The notes beneath the pieces were generated by a model that made no database searches, was not told the origin of the DNA, and saw nothing but the letters and a program-made list of their open reading frames with translations. A stretch of 23,593 bases of DNA from Rhynchopus sp. YZ270_cl-10. Taxonomy: Eukaryota. Shown here piece after piece: positions 10,563-20,787 of the stretch (position 1 is the stretch's first letter; the number at the start of each line of letters is the position of its first letter). The position numbers were made by a program, and so were the translations under genes. The stretch lies in the NCBI GenBank assembly GCA_964035575.1, contig OZ037834.1, forward strand, positions 2,294,001 to 2,317,593, in the 5' to 3' direction.

Positions 10563-10592
<30 letters not shown>
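10017..10592 (+). mobile_element. 5'-truncated copy of the same retroposon
   Basis: Nearly identical to 5626-6197 apart from a short deletion near the 3' end. ~30-nt poly(A); TSD AGGCCACTTTT at 10006-10016 and 10593-10603. Confidence 0.93.
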
Positions 10593-10596
<4 letters not shown>

Positions 10597-10892
10597 CACT
10601 TTTCACCTGAAAAGCCAGTTCATGAAGGCACAAGTGAAGTTTTTTTGTACACGTTACCGCGAGCGGGCGCGCGAAGCGCGCACGCGAGCGCCCCGTGGGA
10701 AGCGAATAGCGGACCACCTGCCCAGTGCGTGAGGTGCATACAAAAAAAAACCACCTGTAAAAAAAGAGAGGTCCTCATCACGTTTCCATGGAGGTGTCAC
10801 ACAAGAACGACAGGTTTTTTAGCCCGTCACCAAATCCTAAAAAACCTTAGTTTTTTAGTCTTTACTATAGATTTTTTTTTTTTTTTGTTTTT

Positions 10893-10950
10893 CCGCAAAC
10901 CCGCAAACCCGTAAACCCGCAAACCCGCAAACCCGCAAACCCGCAAACCC
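10893..10950. repeat. (AAACCCGC)n array, left remnant cut off by the retroposon insertion
   Basis: Direct reading; about 7 units, one AAACCCGT variant. Confidence 0.95.
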
Positions 10951-11961
10951 GGGGTTCATTGGGGTTCATTTTTTTTTAGGGGTTCATTTTTTTTTAGGGG
11001 TTCATTTTTTTTTACACAAAAAACTATGTTAAGACGAAATCCTACCGATGTGCCTACATGGGGCGTCCCCCGTCAGTAGTGCGCCAGATGAGGGGCACGA
11101 AGCGAAATGCGGTGAAAGGTGCAGGCCTGTTTTGCAGCAGGTCTGGAGAGTTGTGGCAACTCGTCTGCTGAGCGTGTGAAGTATCAAGGCAGAGGTTCGC
11201 TGTTCAAGTAAAACCTACCCTGGTCATCCTCTGCCTGTCTTGGTTTCTGTCGTGATTGTTTGTGTTTGTGGGCGGGATCAGATGGGTGGAGGGTGTTTAC
11301 TTTGTGTTTAGCTCGGAGAAGTGGCTTACCCGCCCACTCTCTGTTATTTATTCAGTGTCATTTTTCCATTCATCCCCAAAGTTTGTAGACAGAGTCAAGA
11401 CCACCTTGGCCAAAAGGGTTTTTTCACCACACTTTTCTTTTGCTTCCATTCGTGGAAGCGTTTGCTTTTCTTCTGTTCCTGGCCTGACGTGTGTTCAACA
11501 GGTGTGCTATTTTTACCAAGTGGAATCCATTTTTCTTTTTCCAGGGGAGGCACTAAAACAAACCATTCTGCAGACAACAAAGCAAAGGCAATGTGTTTTT
11601 TATTCTCCCTTCCCTTCTTTTAAGTAAGGAGGATTAGGTCTTCTTTTTTTCCTTTTTTTGCCCCAGAAGTGTGACGCCTGTGTATTCAAATTGATCAAAA
11701 AGAATAAAAAACAAACACATAATGCAGTTTCTTGTTTTGTATAAAACTCTGTTGGCTCTACCGTACTCTTCGCCCGCCTTTTATACAAAACTTGAAACAC
11801 CGACCATTTTTGGTCATCATTTTTTCCTTTTCATTTTTCCATTTCCTTTTTCCTTTTCCATTTCCTGTTCATTTTATTGTCTTTATTGTCTTCTCCATTT
11901 CTTCCTTTTTCCTTTCTATTCTCATAAAAAACTAGTCCAAGTACAAAAAAGAAAAAAAAAA
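10951..11961 (+). mobile_element. Diverged full-length copy 2 of the retroposon, inserted in the octamer array
   Basis: Colinear with 5164-6197 with scattered substitutions and indels; A-rich tail. The junction register is compatible with TSD CCCGCAAACCC (10940-10950 / 11962-11972), though its length is ambiguous inside a tandem array. Confidence 0.9.
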
Positions 11962-14199
11962 CCCGCAAACCCGCAAACCCGCAAACCCGCAAACCCGCAA
12001 ACCCGCAAACCCGCAAACCCGCAAACCCGCAAACCCGCAAACCCGCAAACCCGCAAACCCGCAAACCCGCAAACCCGCAAACCCGCAAACCCGCAAACCC
12101 GCAAACCCGCAAACCCGCAAACCCGCAAACCCGCAAACCCGCAAACCCGCAAACCCGCAAACCCGCAAACCCGCAAACCCGCAAACCCGCAAACCCGCAA
12201 ACCCGCAAACCCGCAAACCCGCAAACCCGCAAACCCGCAAACCCGCAAACCCGCAAACCCGCAAACCCGCAAACCCGCAAACCCGCAAACCCGCAAACCC
12301 GCAAACCCGCAAACCCGCAAACCCGCAAACCCGCAAACCCGCAAACCCGCAAACCCGCAAACCCGCAAACCCGCAAACCCGCAAACCCGCAAACCCGCAA
12401 ACCCGCAAACCCGTAAACCCGCAAACCCGTAAACCCGCAAACCCGTAAACCCGCAAACCCGCAAACCCGCAAACCCGTAAACCCGCAAACCCGCAAACCC
12501 GCAAACCCGCAAACCCGCAAACCCGCAAACCCGCAAACCCGCAAACCCGCAAACCCGCAAACCCGCAAACCCGCAAACCCGCAAACCCGCAAACCCGCAA
12601 ACCCGCAAACCCGCAAACCCGCAAACCCGCAAACCCGCAAACCCGCAAACCCGCAAACCCGCAAACCCGCAAACCCGCAAACCCGCAAACCCGCAAACCC
12701 GCAAACCCGCAAACCCGCAAACCCGCAAACCCGCAAACCCGCAAACCCGCAAACCCGTAAACCCGCAAACCCGCAAACCCGCAAACCCGCAAACCCGCAA
12801 ACCCGCAAACCCGCAAACCCGCAAACCCGCAAACCCGCAAACCCGCAAACCCGCAAACCCGCAAACCCGCAAACCCGCAAACCCGCAAACCCGCAAACCC
12901 GCAAACCCGCAAACCCGCAAACCCGCAAACCCGCAAACCCGCAAACCCGCAAACCCGCAAACCCGCAAACCCGCAAACCCGCAAACCCGCAAACCCGCAA
13001 ACCCGCAAACCCGCAAACCCGCAAACCCGTAAACCCGCAAACCCGCAAACCCGCAAACCCGCAAACCCGCAAACCCGCAAACCCGCAAACCCGCAAACCC
13101 GCAAACCCGTAAACCCGCAAACCCGCAAACCCGCAAACCCGCAAACCCGCAAACCCGCAAACCCGCAAACCCGCAAACCCGCAAACCCGCAAACCCGCAA
13201 ACCCGCAAACCCGCAAACCCGCAAACCCGCAAACCCGCAAACCCGCAAACCCGCAAACCCGCAAACCCGCAAACCCGCAAACCCGCAAACCCGCAAACCC
13301 GCAAACCCGCAAACCCGCAAACCCGCAAACCCGCAAACCCGCAAACCCGCAAACCCGCAAACCCGCAAACCCGCAAACCCGCAAACCCGCAAACCCGTAA
13401 ACCCGCAAACCCGCAAACCCGCAAACCCGCAAACCCGCAAACCCGCAAACCCGCAAACCCGCAAACCCGCAAACCCGTAAACCCGCAAACCCGCAAACCC
13501 GCAAACCCGCAAACCCGCAAACCCGCAAACCCGCAAACCCGCAAACCCGCAAACCCGCAAACCCGCAAACCCGCAAACCCGCAAACCCGCAAACCCGTAA
13601 ACCCGCAAACCCGCAAACCCGCAAACCCGCAAACCCGTAAACCCGCAAACCCGCAAACCCGCAAACCCGCAAACCCGCAAACCCGCAAACCCGCAAACCC
13701 GCAAACCCGCAAACCCGCAAACCCGCAAACCCGCAAACCCGCAAACCCGCAAACCCGCAAACCCGCAAACCCGCAAACCCCGCAAACCCGCAAACCCGCA
13801 AACCCGCAAACCCGCAAACCCGCAAACCGCAAACCCGCAAACCCGCAAACCCGCAAACCCGCAAACCCGCAAACCCGCAAACCCGCAAACCCGCAAACCC
13901 GCAAACCCGCAAACCCGCAAACCCGCAAACCCGCAAACCCGTAAACCCGCAAACCCGCAAACCCGCAAACCCGCAAACCCGTAAACCCGCAAACCCGCAA
14001 ACCCGCAAACCCGCAAACCCGCAAACCCGCAAACCCGCAAACCCGCAAACCCGCAAACCCGCAAACCCGCAAACCCGCAAACCCGCAAACCCGCAAACCC
14101 GCAAACCCGCAAACCCGCAAACCCGCAAACCCGCAGACCCGCAAACCCGCAAACCCGCAAACCCGCAAACCCGCAAACCCGCAAACCCGCAAACCCGCA
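11959..14199. repeat. (AAACCCGC)n telomere-like octamer array, ~280 units
   Basis: Direct reading; 13 AAACCCGT variants, one AGACCCGC and two 1-bp indels. Confidence 0.98.
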
Positions 14200-16637
14200 C
14201 TAGAAGAAAGCTCGCTAAAATGTGGCAGGATGGTGTGGTTGTGAGGTATATGGCTCCGCCGAGAATTAGTGTTGAAAAGATTAGTATTATTCAGCAAATT
14301 CAGAAATGACCTATTCATTCATAGGAATCCTGACATGCCACGGAAAAGTCGAAAAAATGAGGGAGGATATAGTTATGAGGCACGTTGCTACGCCGCGAAT
14401 TATTGATGCATGCTGCTGACATGACTGATACAGTTATAGATTATCAGAAAAGCTCACTGAAATGTAGCAGGATTTAGACAAAAACTGCTAAATTTAGCAG
14501 GTTCGTGTGTTTAAGGATATTTTTCTCCGCCGCTAATATTTACACATAAGAGACTGTAGTTGTTAAGCTGTTTGGCTCCGCCGCAAAATTACTCACAGGG
14601 ATAAGAAAGCTCGCCAACATGTAGCAAGCTTGTCTGGTTGTGGTGTGGTTGCTCCGCCGCTATTAATTTTTCAGGTTTGCATGACTATAAGATAGTTTGC
14701 ACAGTGTTATGTACTATCATCTCAGGGGAAGACTGCTACCAGTGTCATCACAGCGCGCACAGACTCCGGAGAGCCAAAATCAAAATTTTTTTTTTCGATT
14801 TTTTGTAGGCAAAAATTGCTTGGAAAATTTTTTGGTCAAAATCCTGGTTTTTGGGGTCTCACACATGTGTATGACCAAATTTTAGGTGGTCAAAAGTGGA
14901 GTCTGACCCCCATGTCCAGGTTATGGAAATGTCCTATGAAGCCATTCCCGAAGGAATTCTGTACTTTTGAGCATTGCACATTATGTACTGACCAAAAAAC
15001 CCACCTAAAACCCCGAAAACACCAAAAAACATGTAAAAACTGATACATGCATTTTAGGTCAAAAATACTCATTTCTCAGCGCAAATTGACCCCATCACAG
15101 CACGCACAGACTCCGGAGAGCCAAAATCAAAAAAATTTTTTTTCGATTTTTTGCAGGCAAAAATTGCTGGGAAAATTTTTTGGTCAAAATCCTGGTTTTT
15201 GGGGTCTCATACATGTGTATGACCAATTTTCAGGTGGTCAAAAGTGGTGTCTGACCCCCATGTCCAGGTTATGGAAATGTCCTATGAAGCCATTGCCGAA
15301 GGAATTTTGTACTTTTGAGCATCAGAAATTAGGTACTGACCAAAAAACCCACCTAAAACTCCCAAAACACCAAAAATCATGTAAAAACTGGTACATGCAT
15401 TTTAGGTCAAAAATACCCATTTCTCAGCGCAAATTGACCCCACCACAGCACGCACAGACTCCGGAGAGCCAAAATCAAAAATTTTTTTTTTCGATTTTTT
15501 GTAGGCAAAAATTGCTTGGAAAATTTTTTGGTCAAAATCCTGGTTTTTGGGGTCTCATACATGTGTATGACCAAATTTCAGGTGGTCAAAAGTGGAGTCT
15601 GACCCCCCATGTCCAGGTTATGGAAATGTCATATGAAGCGATTGTCGAAGGAATTTTGCACTTTTGAGCATCAGAAATTAGGTACTGACCAAAAGACCCC
15701 AAAAACACCAAAAATCATGTAAAAACTGATACATGCATTTTAGGTCAAAAATACCCATTTCTCAGCGCAAATTGACCCCATCACAGCACGCACAGACTCC
15801 GGAGAGCCAAAATCAAAAATTTTTTTTTTCGATTTTTTGTTGGCAAAAATTGCTGGGAAAAATTTTTTGGTCAAAATCCTGGTTTTTGGGGTCTCATACA
15901 TGTGTATGACCAAATTTCAGGTGGTCAAAAGTGGAGTCTGACCCCCATGTCCAGGTTATGGAAATGTCATATGAAGCGATTGTCGAGGGAAATTTGTACT
16001 TTTGAGCATCAGAAATTAGGTACTGGAAATTTTTTCCACACAAATTTGACCTGGTACTCAAGGTCAATTTGACCTTGGGTTTTCTCTCAGGGTCTTGTGA
16101 CCAATTTTCAACATGTTAAAAATGGAATCTGACCCCCATGTCCAGGTCATACAAACGCCCAATGAGTCCATTAAAGCCACAGATTTGACCTTTTGAGCAG
16201 TTGTCCTTAAATGTGGCCCAATTTTCCCAGCCAAAAAATGACCCCAAAAATCACGAAAAAAAATATTTTCAAGCCGATACTCTTACACACCTAATTTTGG
16301 CCTAACATGTCAAATATGGACCTCCAGGGTCGCTATTGCTTCATTTTATGAGGATACTGGCCATAAATCATGGTTATCTCACATTTTGAAATTTTCATAA
16401 CAAATACACCCAGCACCTCAGAAACACAAAAAATCGCAAATTCCTTCACAAAAATAGCCGTGAAATGCCGCACCCATTTTGGATATTGCCAGATAGGACA
16501 AACTGGCGCCCCCAGTCGGGGCTGTCGTTTCCAGGCCCCATACTATAGGAATATCACCTCAGAATTGCTCGGAGGATGCAGGCTTCCATAAAAGACCTGG
16601 TGCCACTTTACAAGTGCTCTATACGGTAATAACTAGA
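14200..16637 (-). mobile_element. Putative non-autonomous Helitron-like element, copy A
   Basis: The minus strand starts TCTAGTTATTACCG and ends CTTTCTTCTAG. Excision restores a perfect octamer with no TSD. Both junctions are shared with 17334-20787. Confidence 0.6.
14746..16026. repeat. ~347-bp tandem repeat, ~3.7 diverging units
   Basis: Marker AGACTCCGGAGAGCC at 14761, 15108, 15456 and 15794 (periods 347, 348, 338). A partial unit also occurs at 18123-18240. Confidence 0.93.
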
Positions 16638-17333
16638 AACCCGCAAACCCGCAAACCCGCAAACCCGCAAACCCGCAAACCCGCAAACCCGCAAACCCGC
16701 AAACCCGCAAACCCGCAAACCCGCAAACCCGCAAACCCGCAAACCCGCAAACCCGCAAACCCGCAAACCCGCAAACCCGCAAACCCGCAAACCCGCAAAC
16801 CCGCAAACCCGCAAACCCGCAAACCCGCAAACCCGCAAACCCGCAAACCCGCAAACCCGCAAACCCGCAAACCCGCAAACCCGCAAACCCGCAAACCCGC
16901 AAACCCGCAAACCCGCAAACCCGCAAACCCGCAAACCCGCAAACCCGCAAACCCGCAAACCCGCAAACCCGTAAACCCGCAAACCCGCAAACCCGCAAAC
17001 CCGCAAACCCGCAAACCCGCAAACCCGCAAACCCGCAAACCCGCAAACCCGCAAACCCGCAAACCCGCAAACCCGCAAACCCGCAAACCCGCAAACCCGC
17101 AAACCCGCAAACCCGCAAACCCGCAAACCCGCAAACCCGCAAACCCGCAAACCCGCAAACCCGCAAACCCGCAAACCCGCAAACCCGCAAACCCGCAAAC
17201 CCGCAAACCCGCAAACCCGTAAACCCGCAAACCCGCAAACCCGCAAACCCGCAAACCCGCAAACCCGCAAACCCGCAAACCCGCAAACCCGCAAACCCGC
17301 AAACCCGCAAACCCGCAAACCCGCAAACCCGCA
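16638..17333. repeat. (AAACCCGC)n array, 87 units
   Basis: Direct reading; AAACCCGT variants at 16972 and 17220. Confidence 0.98.
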
Positions 17334-20300
17334 CTAGAAGAAAGCTCGCTAAAATGTGGCAGGATGGTGTGGTTGTGAGGTATTTGGCTCCGCCGCGTAT
17401 TTGTGTTGAAAAGATTAGTATCATTCAGCAAATGCAGAAATGATGTGCCTATTCATTCATAGAAAACCTGAAATGACACGGAAAAGTCGAAAAAATGAGG
17501 GAGGATGTAGTTTTGAGGCACGTTGCTACGCCGCGAATTATTGATACATGCTGCTGACATGACTGATACAGTAAAAGATTATCAGAAAAGGTCACTGAAA
17601 TGTAGCAGGATTTACCCACTAAATATTTGGACAAAAACTGCTAAATTTAGCAGTTTAGCAGTGTGTTTAAGGAAGGATATTTTGCTCCGCCGCTAATATT
17701 GACACATAAGAGACTGTGGTTGTTAAGCTGTTTGGATCCGCCGCAAAATTACTCACAGGGATAAGAAAGCTCGCCAACATGTAGCAAGCTTGTCTGGTTG
17801 TGGTGTGGTTGCTCCGCCGCTATTAATTTTTCAGGTTTGCATGACTATAAGAAAGTTTGCACAGTTTGCACAATGTTATTTACTATCATCTCCGGGGAAG
17901 ACTGCTACCAGTATCAAAATAATGGTACTTGTGTGCTTGGCTATTTTCCACACATCTTAACGTAAGGAAGGCACGTTTATTTTGAGACTTCCCATGTTTG
18001 ACAAAGTTGTGTGGCAAGCGATAATCGTTGTGCTTCCAATGAACAACGACACTGTTCTAAATACTGACTTGTGCTGGGAAGCCTGTCATCAATGTCAAAA
18101 ATATGGTGGTTTTCTGTTTTCTAAAATCATGTAAAAACTGATACATGCATTTTAAGTCAAAAATACCCATTTCTCAGTGCAAATTGACCCCACCACAGCG
18201 CGCACAGACTCCAGAGACCCAAAATCAAAATTTTTTTTTTCCTCCATGGTAATGTCATGTTCTCACTCTACCATATGTCGGGTTCTCTTGCTTGATACAA
18301 AAATTATATCAGTAGAATCAGCAGATCAGTAGAATCTGCAGATCTCTCTGTCGACAATCGCTAGTAACCACCAATTTTCCACCATTTCCACCCAATTGTC
18401 GCCACTGACCTTTTCTCTTTCTCGAGCATTACCTCACCAAAAAATACATGTAAACATACACAATAAGCCCAAATCAGGACACCCAAACTTCAAAAATTTT
18501 TCTGGGGGGGCACTGCCCCCCCAGACCCCCCATGCTCCGCTCGCCTTCACGCTCCGCGTAAAGGCTCGCTCCGCTCTCCCTCGCGCCCCCACCACGCTTC
18601 GCGTGGTGGGTGCGCTCGGTCGAAAGTCCATTAAAGCAACAGATTTGACGTTTTGAGTAGTTGTGGTTAAATGTGGCCAAATTTCACGGCTATTTTATAC
18701 ATAGTACACGGTAGCATAGGGTATTTATATCCATTTTCAATTTTTAAATATTGCCAGATCGGACAAACGGGAGCACCCGGCCGGGGCTGTCGTTTCTAGA
18801 CCCCACTCTACCCAAGTGTACTATCAGAATTGCTGGGAGGACGCAAACTTTGGATTCCGCAAGGGTGCCAGCTCACAGACCCTCTATACGGTAATAACTG
18901 GATACCCATGGTGAAGAGAGTGACAATATTTTTTTGACCATATTTCAGGTGCTCTAAAGTGGAATCTGACCCCCATGTCCAGGTTGTAAAAATGCTCTCT
19001 GAGTCCATTAAAGCAACAGATTTGACGTTTTGAGTAGTTGTGGTTAAATGTGGCCAAATTTCACGGCTATTTTATACATAGTACACGGTAGCATAGGGTA
19101 TTTATATCCATTTTCAATTTTTAAATATTGCCAGATCGGACAAACGGGAGCACCCGGCCGGGGCTGTCGTTTCTAGACCCCACTCTACCCAAGTGTACTA
19201 TCAGAATTGCTGGGAGGACGCAAACTTTGGATTCCGCAAGGGTGCCAGCTCACAGACCCTCTATACGGTAATAACTGGATACCCATGGTGAAGAGAGTGA
19301 CAATATTTTTTTGACCATATTTCAGGTGCTCTAAAGTGGAATCTGACCCCCATGTCCAGGTTGTAAAAATGCTCTCTGAGTCCATTAAAGCAACAGATTT
19401 GACGTTTTGAGTAGTTGTGGTTAAATGTGGCCAAATTTCACGGCTATTTTATACATAGTACACGGTAGCATAGGGTATTTATATCCATTTTCAATTTTTA
19501 AATATTGCCAGATCGGACAAACGGGAGCACCCGGCCGGGGCTGTCGTTTCTAGACCCCACTCTACCCAAGTGTACTATCAGAATTGCTGGGAGGACGCAA
19601 ACTTTGGATTCCGCAAGGGTGCCAGCTCACAGACCCTCTATACGGTAATAACTGGATACCCATGGTGAAGAGAGTGACAATATTTTTTTGACCATATTTC
19701 AGGTGCTCTAAAGTGGAATCTGACCCCCATGTCCAGGTTGTAAAAATGCTCTCTGAGTCCATTAAAGCAACAGATTTGACGTTTTGAGTAGTTGTGGTTA
19801 AATGTGGCCAAATTTCACGGCTATTTTATACATAGTACACGGTAGCATAGGGTATTTATATCCATTTTCAATTTTTAAATATTGCCAGATCGGACAAACG
19901 GGAGCACCCGGCCGGGGCTGTCGTTTCTAGACCCCACTCTACCCAAGTGTACTATCAGAATTGCTGGGAGGACGCAAACTTTGGATTCCGCAAGGGTGCC
20001 AGCTCACAGACCCTCTATACGGTAATAACTGGATACCCATGGTGAAGAGAGTGACAATATTTTTTTGACCATATTTCAGGTGCTCTAAAGTGGAATCTGA
20101 CCCCCATGTCCAGGTTGTAAAAATGCTCTCTGAGTCCATTAAAGCAACAGATTTGACGTTTTGAGTAGTTGTGGTTAAATGTGGCCAAATTTCACGGCTA
20201 TTTTATACATAGTACACGGTAGCATAGGGTATTTATATCCATTTTCAATTTTTAAATATTGCCAGATCGGACAAACGGGAGCACCCGGCCGGGGCTGTCG

Positions 20301-20787
20301 TTTCTAGACCCCACTCTACCCAAGTGTACTATCAGAATTGCTGGGAGGACGCAAACTTTGGATTCCGCAAGGGTGCCAGCTCACAGACCCTCTATACGGT
20401 AATAACTGGATACCCATGGTGAAGAGAGTGACAATATTTTTTTGACCATATTTCAGGTGCTCTAAAGTGGAATCTGACCCCCATGTCCAGGTTGTAAAAA
20501 TGCTCTCTGAGTCCATTAAAGCAACAGATTTGACGTTTTGAGTAGTTGTGGTTAAATGTGGCCAAATTTCACGGCTATTTTATACATAGTACACGGTAGC
20601 ATAGGGTATTTATATCCATTTTCAATTTTTAAATATTGCCAGATCGGACAAACGGGAGCACCCGGCCGGGGCTGTCGTTTCTAGACCCCACTCTACCCAA
20701 GTGTACTATCAGAATTGCTGGGAGGACGCAAACTTTGGATTCCGCAAGGGTGCCAGCTCACAGACCCTCTATACGGTAATAACTGGA
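17334..20787 (-). mobile_element. Putative non-autonomous Helitron-like element, copy B
   Basis: The minus strand starts TCCAGTTATTACCG and ends CTTTCTTCTAG. 17334-17912 is homologous to 14200-14743. Same insertion register as copy A. Confidence 0.6.
18625..20787. repeat. 377-bp tandem repeat, ~5.7 apparently identical units
   Basis: Identical ORF-track peptides recur at 18808, 19185, 19562, 19939 and 20316, with the matching C-terminal part at 20693 (period exactly 377). Confidence 0.97.

Noticed and set aside
18625..20787. Spliced-leader RNA or 5S rRNA gene array; CRISPR array; repeated 66-aa gene
   Set aside because: No euglenozoan SL core (CAGTTTCTGTACT) or 5S sequence seen, units are identical with no spacers, and the peptide has no recognisable features.
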